A stretch of 64,000 nt of DNA from an uncultured Bdellovibrio sp. Lineage in GTDB: Bacteria; Bdellovibrionota; Bdellovibrionia; Bdellovibrionales; Bdellovibrionaceae. Positions 9,963-18,575 of the stretch are shown in pieces (the first letter of the stretch is position 1; each line of letters starts with the position of its first letter). The stretch spans positions 224,001-288,000 of the forward strand of contig CAWVRN010000001.1 of assembly GCA_963932905.1 (NCBI GenBank), given 5' to 3'. Both the position numbers and the translations under genes were made by a program. The notes below the pieces were generated by a model that saw only the letters and a list, made by a program, of their open reading frames with translations, ran no database searches and was not told the DNA's origin.

Positions 9963-12224
9963 TTAGGTCCTTTCTGCAGATACCCGCAAAGATAAATTTT
10001 TAGTCATTCTCTTAGAATATAATAAAGCTGGCAAGACAAACATATCTCCGCAAAGCCCAAGGATCAAAGAAAGCACTAGGATCAAGGCCACTTGCGAGAA
10101 CATCAGAATATCTGTTAGAAAAAATGTCGGCATTGTTAAAGTAAAAATGAACGTGGTGCTAACCAATGAAACCGAAGTTTCTTGCAGGGAGTAAGAGATC
10201 GCTTCGTTTAGGTCGCCAGTTGCGCGTAATTTTTTTAGCAAGTAGTAAATGAAATGGGTCGTATCATCGACAGCGATCCCGAAAATAATCGCCACAAGAA
10301 CGATTAGATTATAATCCACCGTCATATCCATCATCTTCATCAAGCCACCTACCGCAACAAGGGGCAGGATATTCGGAATTAATGCCAGTAAGGACCAGCG
10401 CAGGGATTTAAAAAAGAATAAGAAGCACAAAAAAATTCCGACGAAATCCAACAGAAATGATTTTATAAAACCAGAAAAAATAGAGTTAAAAATATTGCTT
10501 CGGATAGTAGAAAATCCTTCCACTGAAGATTCAAAAACAGAGGCGTATTCAGGTTTTTGATAAATGGTACGTATTTTATCTTGGGTTTCTACTAACGTTT
10601 TCGAATCTAATGTTTTTAAATAAACAGTCATTCTGACTTCGTTGTGCGCGAGCGGATACGTTCCGTCTAGGACATTGAAATCTTCAAAAAGACTAAAGAT
10701 ATCATAGAGGTCTTTATCGGAATTAAAACCCGCAGACGCGGACTTTGTTGGATATGATTCACGTATGTATTCTTGAAAATTGCCCAAAGATTTAATATGC
10801 GCGACGGAATCAATTTGCGAAATCTCTTTTTGCAGGCTTAATAAACTATTTTCAACTTCCGGTTTTAAAAAATCGTCGCGATTTTTAGTTAATATGACGT
10901 CAACGGAACCGGTGAAGTGAAAATATTTATCCATGGCTACAATGGCTTGGCTCAACGGATGAGTAGGGACAAACTTAGTATATAAATTGTCGCCGGCTTC
11001 AAGTTTAGAGCTCAAGTATCCGAACCCGACGATCACGATGAAGAATATAACAATGATGGCTGTTCGAAATCGACGAACCCAGTCCATTAACGGAATGCCT
11101 TCAAATTTTAAAAGCGATTCCCCTATTTCTAATTCTAAATCAAAAAGCGATACCAGACATGGAATCAATTTGAATGTTAACAGGAAACAAATCGCAACAC
11201 CAAAGGCGCAATAGATCCCGAAATTTTTTATAGGCGGAATATCTGAAACCACTAATGACAACAGGCCCACCCAAGTAGTCACCGCACACATAAAACAAGG
11301 GTCCCAGATATGTCCGATGGCTTCTTTAAATTTGTCTGGCAAGGTGGCCGCTTTTGATTTCGACACGGCTGAAAATAAATGCACTATATCGGCGGTCGAG
11401 ATAATAAAAATAAACAGAAGCGCGAAACTGGAAAAGGGATTGATGCTGCCTTCAATTCCGATGATTAAACCAACCGTCGCTACGTACGATAGGCCCATCA
11501 CATATAATGAAAGCAAACATACCTTCCATGATCGGAACAATGCGAACAAAAGAGAAATGATTATGAATAACACTAACGGAAGAATTTTGACTTGGCTTTT
11601 AATAATTTCTTTTACGAAATAGTCGCGCGCAATTTCAGTTCCGATCAAGTGCACCTTTAAATCAGGATAATTTTTCTCTGTTAGACCTTTGATAAAATTA
11701 AGGCTAGCGATAACTTGCTTGATTTGCTTAGGAGATAAATCGTTATGAATATTCACATAGATTAAAGAAGCCTTTTCGTCGGGGCTTAAATAGCTATAAC
11801 GAAAAACGGGACTGTTTTGCAAAAGATCACGGCCTTTTTCTGATAAGGCCTTGTTTTCGAAAAACGTTTTCAAAAATAATTTATCGCCATCCATTTTTAC
11901 GTATTCGACTTCATTAAGAGATCGAATGGTATTTAGGTAATCGACTTTCTTAATTCTTTCGGCAGTCTCAAAAATGATATTGTAGAAATCGGGACGTGTT
12001 GGAAATGGTGTGGGTGATTCAATCAATAAATAGGCGTCATTTTCGTCATTATATTTTTCTAAATGCTGCTTATATTTTATGAGTGTTGGATCATTCGGAT
12101 CTAAAACGCTGATAATATTATAAGGTTTGATATTCTTAACGACGATAATGCCGGTGACTACAACAAGCAGGATGCTTAAGGCGACAATAAGTCGACGTAG
12201 ATGTACCTTCAACTGATTATCCAT
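9963..12224 (-). CDS. MMPL/RND-family lipid exporter
   Basis: Two repeats of TM + extracytoplasmic domain + multi-TM bundle; GIAVDDTTHF and STADIVH motifs; start set at ATG 12224. Confidence 0.9.
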   Translation of the reverse strand: MDNQLKVHLRRLIVALSILLVVVTGIIVVKNIKPYNIISVLDPNDPTLIKYKQHLEKYNDENDAYLLIESPTPFPTRPDFYNIIFETAERIKKVDYLNTIRSLNEVEYVKMDGDKLFLKTFFENKALSEKGRDLLQNSPVFRYSYLSPDEKASLIYVNIHNDLSPKQIKQVIASLNFIKGLTEKNYPDLKVHLIGTEIARDYFVKEIIKSQVKILPLVLFIIISLLFALFRSWKVCLLSLYVMGLSYVATVGLIIGIEGSINPFSSFALLFIFIISTADIVHLFSAVSKSKAATLPDKFKEAIGHIWDPCFMCAVTTWVGLLSLVVSDIPPIKNFGIYCAFGVAICFLLTFKLIPCLVSLFDLELEIGESLLKFEGIPLMDWVRRFRTAIIVIFFIVIVGFGYLSSKLEAGDNLYTKFVPTHPLSQAIVAMDKYFHFTGSVDVILTKNRDDFLKPEVENSLLSLQKEISQIDSVAHIKSLGNFQEYIRESYPTKSASAGFNSDKDLYDIFSLFEDFNVLDGTYPLAHNEVRMTVYLKTLDSKTLVETQDKIRTIYQKPEYASVFESSVEGFSTIRSNIFNSIFSGFIKSFLLDFVGIFLCFLFFFKSLRWSLLALIPNILPLVAVGGLMKMMDMTVDYNLIVLVAIIFGIAVDDTTHFIYYLLKKLRATGDLNEAISYSLQETSVSLVSTTFIFTLTMPTFFLTDILMFSQVALILVLSLILGLCGDMFVLPALLYSKRMTKNLSLRVSAERT

Positions 12225-13096
12225 TCCGCCGCTATCCAAAGCAGGCGTGCACCCAGCAATGTCTTAATCAGACTTCCGTAGCGGATTTTTGTATTGTCAA
12301 ATGGCGTGCGTGACCATTTGTACATTTGTACAACACCGAGCAGGAAAAACATGTTAAATCCAAAAAACAAAATCATTGAACTAAAGCCTGCCTGTTTCGG
12401 AAAAAACAGAATCTGGGTTAAATCTGTGATAACAAGGCCCGCAATCAAAAGTGCTGCCCCTACTTTAAGCGCTCGAGTAGGTCCTAATAATGTTGTGAAA
12501 TTGCGCCCGACAGCATAGGTATCGCTCGCTTTAAGTTGAAATATTTGTGTTGCGGGATAAGATCCAGCTACCGTGATAGTGAATGAAATCGCAAATAGAA
12601 CAGTCGCCACATCCGGAAGACTGTCGCTAAAAGTCGCTCCCATCATAACGCCAACAAAACCGCAACCAAGTGCATTTATCAAATTATCGATAACGCCAAC
12701 TTCTTTTCCCCGCCAAGTAAAACCCGGAAGTTTTACCGAATACAACACAGATAGTACCAAGGAAAGTGCCGCCATCGTCATCGCCCATTGGCCAAATTGG
12801 GAACTTAAAACTACGGCTAGAAACATTAAAATAATTCCAAAGTGACCCAAGTACTTTGGTTTCTCTGGTGGGTTTTCTAGGAAATTCAAAGGCCCGTTGT
12901 CGTTATCGAAGTGCGTGTTCAATGCACACGTTCCGCCGAAAAGTAGGACACTATAAATAAAAAATAAACTCAGTAGTTCAATCGCGATCGATACATGAGC
13001 ACCTTTCTGAGGATTTATCGCATATCCTGTGAGCGCAAATGTAAAGCTGGGGATGAATGATTTGGGTCTAAGATGCAGAATATAGTTTTTGATCAT
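12209..13096 (-). CDS. UbiA-superfamily prenyltransferase (variant with NxxFD-x-D-xGP and YPxTQIFQ motifs)
   Basis: LHLRP start, ALNTHFDNDNGP, LYS, YPATQIFQ..SD..GRNFTTLLG; multiple TM helices. Confidence 0.8.
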   Translation of the reverse strand: MIKNYILHLRPKSFIPSFTFALTGYAINPQKGAHVSIAIELLSLFFIYSVLLFGGTCALNTHFDNDNGPLNFLENPPEKPKYLGHFGIILMFLAVVLSSQFGQWAMTMAALSLVLSVLYSVKLPGFTWRGKEVGVIDNLINALGCGFVGVMMGATFSDSLPDVATVLFAISFTITVAGSYPATQIFQLKASDTYAVGRNFTTLLGPTRALKVGAALLIAGLVITDLTQILFFPKQAGFSSMILFFGFNMFFLLGVVQMYKWSRTPFDNTKIRYGSLIKTLLGARLLWIAAEWIIS

Positions 13097-13995
13097 TCTT
13101 TTTCTTCCTTATGAAAATGACTTGAAGAACTTAAATATTTAGAACGTGTACTGACACCGGCACCCCAAACGTCTGCCATTTTTTTTTCGAGGTCATTTAG
13201 TAAAATAGTACCTAGTTTCCTGGGTCGATATTTGTTTTCTATTTCAAGCTCATGGACAACCCATTCATCTTTTTGATGAGTTAAGGCGTCTCGAAATACA
13301 GCACGATCGTAAGATGCTTCCATTAACCATATGTTTTCAGGACGAGTTTTAAAAAACTCAGGAACTAGAAATATATTTTTCTCTGAATGCTTGATGAAGT
13401 AGGCCTTTGCAAGTGGGCTATTTTTGTCTGTGTAGATATGGTAACGTTGGCGCACAGAATGTCCCCAAACGACGGGGCGCATTTGTCTGGAATCGATACC
13501 CAAGTCTCGCATTTTTTGAAAGGGAGCCAGACTAGAATCTTTTTTTCGAGCCATCCATTGAGTGAATTTTCTAGACACTTCTGATCGAGCAGCTTCGTCA
13601 GTGATAAATTGGTTTATTAAATCGGTCATCGGGACATTATCGACTTTTTGCTTAGAAAAGTCTTTATATTCAAGTTCCATACGAATTTGTCCGGCTTCGG
13701 TCATTTCGCTTTTAATTTGGACCGCATATTCCCATTTGCCCTTTTTCTTTTCCACGCGACGCAGGCGGAAGCTGTGCGATGATCGTCTGATATTCCAATC
13801 GGGTGTATCAAAATAAATATCGTAAGTAATGTATTGTGAATGTGGATGAAAAACGAATGGATAAATAAGATTTAGTTTGTCGCCTTCAAGCTTTGTAGGG
13901 TCTATGATATATTTGCGCTGTTCTTCAACGCCAGTGCTGGCATGCAATGTCTGACAGGTTATCATTGCTACTAGAAAAATTTTGAAAATTACCAT
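13093..13995 (-). CDS. CYTH / triphosphate tunnel metalloenzyme with predicted signal peptide
   Basis: EEQRKY, DIYFDTPD, FRLRR, RMELE, ELEIENK, SKY; leader ending LHA|S. Confidence 0.8.
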   Translation of the reverse strand: MVIFKIFLVAMITCQTLHASTGVEEQRKYIIDPTKLEGDKLNLIYPFVFHPHSQYITYDIYFDTPDWNIRRSSHSFRLRRVEKKKGKWEYAVQIKSEMTEAGQIRMELEYKDFSKQKVDNVPMTDLINQFITDEAARSEVSRKFTQWMARKKDSSLAPFQKMRDLGIDSRQMRPVVWGHSVRQRYHIYTDKNSPLAKAYFIKHSEKNIFLVPEFFKTRPENIWLMEASYDRAVFRDALTHQKDEWVVHELEIENKYRPRKLGTILLNDLEKKMADVWGAGVSTRSKYLSSSSHFHKEEKE

Positions 13996-15554
13996 CCAAA
14001 ACCTCGGAAGCGGCCTTTGTCGTGGAGCAGACCCTGCGGGTAGATCTCTTCGCTGGGTTCTTCGACTAAAAAACCATCTTTTACTATCCAGCGTTCTTGA
14101 TCGCGATAAGAATACATTCTATTAATTGTAATGGGGTGGGCATCCTCAATTCCAAACACAGATAAAATTTGTTTTCGACGCTCAGCCAGTTTGAAAAGGT
14201 AAAGTTCTTGAACGTAACTTGGCCAGCCAGAGTATGACAGACAATCGCGTAAGATTTTTTCGTCAATTTGAGCTATTTGACCGGCCATCCATTGAAGGTC
14301 TTCATATTGGGCTGATGTGTAGGTCTTTAAAATCGCATTTACGTGGCCGTTAAATTGAATTTTTCCGTTTTCGATGGAAACTAAATCCCAAGGAAATTCA
14401 TTGACTAGGCTAGCTTTGATATCACGAGGAAATCGATTTATCTTCACGCCCATGCTGACTCCCAGATCGCTGAACGATCCAATCAGTTTGGTTTCTGATC
14501 TTTCATTCATAAATATGGACAGCAAAGTATTTATTTCTTTGATATCCCATACACCTAACCACAACAGCGCTAAAACAGCGCCGCGCAGTTCGCGTCGGTT
14601 TATATTGTCAGGATGGCCCGATAACATTCCACCTAGGCGAAGCTCATCTTTGGGACGCGCATCGATGGCGGCTGATTTAAAAGAAACAAAATATTGACCA
14701 CGAAATGGTCCAAGCTCTGGAAATTTTGAAATTAAAGCCCGATCAATACGACCGACATTCTTAATAAAAGGGCTTAGGTTGATTTGGTATCCGTTATAGA
14801 TAAATTTTACGAAGTGAGCCACAGAACGTTTTTTCTTGTTCTCTGTTTTCCCAAGGATCAAATTTATTTCCCCTGGCTTCGAGTAATAGGGATAATCTGT
14901 GTTAAAACCAAGTGCAGAAAAAATTCGAGATGCAACAGGGTCAGAATTTACCTCGTCGCCCCATTTCATTAGCCACCGACTTCCCGTCGCTAAATCTATG
15001 ATATGAGCTTTCGGCGCGCTGCCTTTGACTTCAAGTCGATCTAAGCTTGCCCACCGAAAAGAACTTTTAATTCCATGCTCAGCTGCTTTTCTATCAAATT
15101 CTTTTTCGCGCGGACCAGCTGGTTGCGCCCAAAAGATCGAAGGCTCGATTTCAGTAATTTGCTTAATACTCTCTGGAATTTTGTAGCGCAGAAAAAAAGA
15201 ACTGAATTGATGACTCGCGCCCATCATCATTATGTCAAAAATCCCAAGTCCTTCATCAAATTTAAATTTCTGAATCCAAGAATCACGAATGTATTTTAAA
15301 TCTAAAAACAGCGCCGTTGAGCTGGGATCATCTATCTTGCCTTCATCCAAAGCTTCTTCCAGAGCCTCACAATTTCTACGAACGTGAATCAACAACTGAT
15401 CCTTACGTTTTTCTATTTTGTAACCGTCGATTTCTTTAGAGGAATCGTTTGTGAGTTCGTTACAAAGCGATCTAATTTCTGCAATGGAATTCGACGCTAA
15501 ACAAAACGCTGGCGCCGCGCAGACCAAAAGACCCAGGATAAATTTGGATACCAT
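13989..15554 (-). CDS. Predicted exported atypical kinase-like protein
   Basis: Signal peptide; GSAPK, WLMKWGDE, WDIKEIN (catalytic-loop-like DxKxxN), SDLG (DFG-like). Confidence 0.55.
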   Translation of the reverse strand: MVSKFILGLLVCAAPAFCLASNSIAEIRSLCNELTNDSSKEIDGYKIEKRKDQLLIHVRRNCEALEEALDEGKIDDPSSTALFLDLKYIRDSWIQKFKFDEGLGIFDIMMMGASHQFSSFFLRYKIPESIKQITEIEPSIFWAQPAGPREKEFDRKAAEHGIKSSFRWASLDRLEVKGSAPKAHIIDLATGSRWLMKWGDEVNSDPVASRIFSALGFNTDYPYYSKPGEINLILGKTENKKKRSVAHFVKFIYNGYQINLSPFIKNVGRIDRALISKFPELGPFRGQYFVSFKSAAIDARPKDELRLGGMLSGHPDNINRRELRGAVLALLWLGVWDIKEINTLLSIFMNERSETKLIGSFSDLGVSMGVKINRFPRDIKASLVNEFPWDLVSIENGKIQFNGHVNAILKTYTSAQYEDLQWMAGQIAQIDEKILRDCLSYSGWPSYVQELYLFKLAERRKQILSVFGIEDAHPITINRMYSYRDQERWIVKDGFLVEEPSEEIYPQGLLHDKGRFRGFGW

Positions 15555-16076
15555 TTAGGTCCTCGATTTTCCTTTGTAGTCAAATATTTCATGATGACCA
15601 ATGTAAGAATAACTTAGGAAAATAATTACGAAGCACGCATGTAGATACCAAGGCAAATCACCGAAACCGCGGTATTGAAAAAAGAATCCCCAAATAAAAG
15701 TGATCGCTGTTCCTGCGTGGATGCAAATCCACATTCCAAGGTGCACTATTGTTTCAAATTCTGTACAACGCGGTAAATGCCAGAACATTTCATCTAAAGT
15801 TTCATGCAAAGTTCTAGTGACCCAGCAGCCAATAAAAAGCGGCAACGCGATCCAGGGAACCCAGGCCATCAAAAGCAAGCTAAACATCAAACCGTAACTA
15901 GCATAGAGAATCATTCTGTGCGTACGAAGCTCACCATCGGAGATATCTTTTTTCCAAATTTGTAAATGAGTCTTATGATCAGTGTACCAAAGGACACCAA
16001 ATATAAGACCAAAGATGATCATACCTAAAGCGAAATAAAGGGCGGGAACGTCGTTGAGTTTGTTTAAAATATCCAT
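15555..16076 (-). CDS. Small polytopic membrane protein with a His/Glu-rich motif
   Basis: 4-5 TM segments; LHETLDEMFWH..C..FETIVH and GHHE. Confidence 0.75.
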   Translation of the reverse strand: MDILNKLNDVPALYFALGMIIFGLIFGVLWYTDHKTHLQIWKKDISDGELRTHRMILYASYGLMFSLLLMAWVPWIALPLFIGCWVTRTLHETLDEMFWHLPRCTEFETIVHLGMWICIHAGTAITFIWGFFFQYRGFGDLPWYLHACFVIIFLSYSYIGHHEIFDYKGKSRT

Positions 16077-16894
16077 AGTTGAGTCATTCTACCCACAAAT
16101 ACTAAGCTGCAGGCAAGAATATTAAACTGCTGCAACAAGATTGAGGACATATTTTTTCTGCGTATGACTTCAATAAGGCCAAAACGATAAATAACAATTA
16201 AAACCCACATTAGCCAAAGCGCTTTTAGTTCAGGAACTAGAATAGATCCCAAATACAAAGTGGCCGCACTTAGCAGATTGATACCGTGTAGCGCATAGGC
16301 CGTTTTTTCCACACCTAATACAATAGGAAACGTGGCAACTTTATTCCGGCGGTCTTCTTCAATATCGTCTAAGTCACGGATAACACTGCCAATAGTTACT
16401 TGTAAGGTGAAAAAAAGAAACGTTACAAAAACAGATTCTAGCGAAAAGTGATCAGAACCTAGGAAAACAAGTAATCCCCAACCGACACCAATTAAAAAGT
16501 TTTTTAAAATGAAGAAAGATTTTAAACGAATGTTAAAATGATCGCGATCATGACGAAATGAATACAGAGTGCCGATGAATAGAATAAGAAGCGCGGAAAT
16601 AAAACTAGTCCAACCCAGCGTGAAGAAGGTCAAAAATGTGCAGGCAATAGACGAAATTCCAAGCCAGCGAACGCTTGGAATTTTGAAGTAGGCTAGTGTT
16701 ACTTCACTATCCATAACGTCATCAAATCCATAAACAAAAAGGACCAAGAAAATAGTTGTAATTGTAACGATCAAAAAGTGAGTCAATGTGATATCGGAAT
16801 TAAAAGTAAACCCCGTCCACGTTACACATAAGGCAGCCAATAATAAATGCTGAATAGATTTACGTTGCCAAGGCCAATTGCTAGGTGGCTTCAT
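16064..16894 (-). CDS. UbiA-superfamily prenyltransferase
   Basis: YGFDDVMD, LYS..RLK...KN, IRDLDDIEED...TFPIVLG aspartate-rich motifs. Confidence 0.88.
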   Translation of the reverse strand: MKPPSNWPWQRKSIQHLLLAALCVTWTGFTFNSDITLTHFLIVTITTIFLVLFVYGFDDVMDSEVTLAYFKIPSVRWLGISSIACTFLTFFTLGWTSFISALLILFIGTLYSFRHDRDHFNIRLKSFFILKNFLIGVGWGLLVFLGSDHFSLESVFVTFLFFTLQVTIGSVIRDLDDIEEDRRNKVATFPIVLGVEKTAYALHGINLLSAATLYLGSILVPELKALWLMWVLIVIYRFGLIEVIRRKNMSSILLQQFNILACSLVFVGRMTQLWIF

Positions 16895-18392
16895 TTTTTA
16901 TCCGTCGTGGAACAGCACCAACTGCGTGGATCAGATGCGCTAACTCCATGCGCATGTATCGCGACAACCAAAGAAAACTCAAAAATAAAGCATAAATATA
17001 TATGTAAGGCTTCTTTGGAACCCGGGCAAAACTGAATGTCTTGCGTTTGTAGTTAATTTTCGTCGTGATTCCAAGTTCCTTACGTTTATGGTAAAGAGAC
17101 AGCATTCGTTCTCTAAACCATTTGTAAAAGGGACGAATGATCGGATTAAATCGCGCTGGGTATTTTAAAAGTTTTGGAAATAAAATACTTGGATGGATGA
17201 CGAACATATAATAGCCAGCAAAATCCAACTGAGTCATCAAACCATATAATTCCTGATCACCCATCAAAGCATAACGCTTTTCATAGAGCAAAATACGGTC
17301 TTCGAATGCTTGAGAGAATAGTTTTTCATATCTCAGCCAAGAACGTTCACAGTAATGACCTGTTTTTAAATGATCTAAAATCAAAGGAGCCAACCATAGG
17401 CTTTGCTGACTATTAAATTCCATACCTGGACTAAATAAAGGATCAACAAACGCAGCTGCGTCGCCGATCAATGCCAAACCTGGTTCGCGGTATTTGCGAC
17501 TAGTGTATGGTAAATGAGGATAGTGCTTGAAACCAGTTCCTGTTGCCTCTGACGTTAGCTCACCTAAACTAGGATGATTTTTTACAAATTGGAAAAAGAA
17601 ATCCTTCGGGTGCAGTCCGTTTGTTTTCAGAATTCTTTGATCATAGACAATACCGATACTGACTGTATTATCAGATAAAGGAATGGTCCAAACCCAATAA
17701 CCTTCACCCATAAAATGAGTAGTGGCATAGTGACGATCACCGATACACCATTTATCCCAGTGAACTGATTTATGACCGTCGATACTTGAAATTTTTTTTA
17801 CATTTTCAAAATGCGCCCAAGACGAGGCTGTCATTAATTGGTTAGCCGGCATTCGCCAGTTCCACTTTTTAGAAACGATACCTTGGCGACCGGAAGAATC
17901 CACTAACCATGTTGTGCGCAGAGTTTTAATTTCTTCGCCCATTTTTACAGTTACTTGTGAATTAAAGGCCGAATAATTGAAATCCATCACATGAGCCGGT
18001 CTTATAACCTCAGCACCCAGTTCTTTAGCGTATTCCAGAAGATCATTATCAAATGTCGAACGATTTACTTGAAACCCATTGGCTTCAGATAAGATTGACG
18101 GACTTGAATAGTCGCTGGCATCCGTGATTTTCTTTGTAGCCTCGTCATGGAAAATAAAACGCAGGCCCGTTTTTCTTTGTTGTCTTTTTAGAATGTGATC
18201 AACATTGAATCGATTAAAGAAAATAGCCGTGACGTCACTGAAGCTCTCCCCTACTTTTTTAGGGAATTCAGTTGATGTCTCGATCATGGCAACGCGAGTT
18301 TCCGGTCTTTGGCGAAGAATATTAATGACCAGAATGCTAGCGGCCATGCCCGCACCCATAGTTATGATGTCGTATTTTTCAGAATTATCCAT
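16881..18392 (-). CDS. FAD-dependent oxidoreductase of flavin-dependent halogenase type
   Basis: GAGMAA FAD motif, KVGES, KTGLRF (position of the catalytic Lys), WVWTIP (WxWxIP), GDAAAFVDPLFSPG. Confidence 0.85.
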   Translation of the reverse strand: MDNSEKYDIITMGAGMAASILVINILRQRPETRVAMIETSTEFPKKVGESFSDVTAIFFNRFNVDHILKRQQRKTGLRFIFHDEATKKITDASDYSSPSILSEANGFQVNRSTFDNDLLEYAKELGAEVIRPAHVMDFNYSAFNSQVTVKMGEEIKTLRTTWLVDSSGRQGIVSKKWNWRMPANQLMTASSWAHFENVKKISSIDGHKSVHWDKWCIGDRHYATTHFMGEGYWVWTIPLSDNTVSIGIVYDQRILKTNGLHPKDFFFQFVKNHPSLGELTSEATGTGFKHYPHLPYTSRKYREPGLALIGDAAAFVDPLFSPGMEFNSQQSLWLAPLILDHLKTGHYCERSWLRYEKLFSQAFEDRILLYEKRYALMGDQELYGLMTQLDFAGYYMFVIHPSILFPKLLKYPARFNPIIRPFYKWFRERMLSLYHKRKELGITTKINYKRKTFSFARVPKKPYIYIYALFLSFLWLSRYMRMELAHLIHAVGAVPRRIKNEAT

Positions 18393-18575
18393 TTCCTACC
18401 AAAAATCTTTGCATATGGACTTTGGGCAAACAACACAAATTTTATTAAATCATAAATATATTCGGTGTTTGTCCTTACTCGTCCAGTGTCATTTGTTAAT
18501 GTTTAGACGCACACCCTATCAGACACTTGGCTTGGCATAAGTGGTTAAAATAAAAGGTTAAGTTTCAGACAAAAT

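Noticed and set aside
10987..15897. Many short plus-strand ORFs within the 7909-18392 operon
   Set aside because: Fully antisense to well-supported genes and without motifs
18455..18490. Sigma-28 promoter for the halogenase operon (ACCGAATA on the minus strand)
   Set aside because: No TAAA element at the expected spacing
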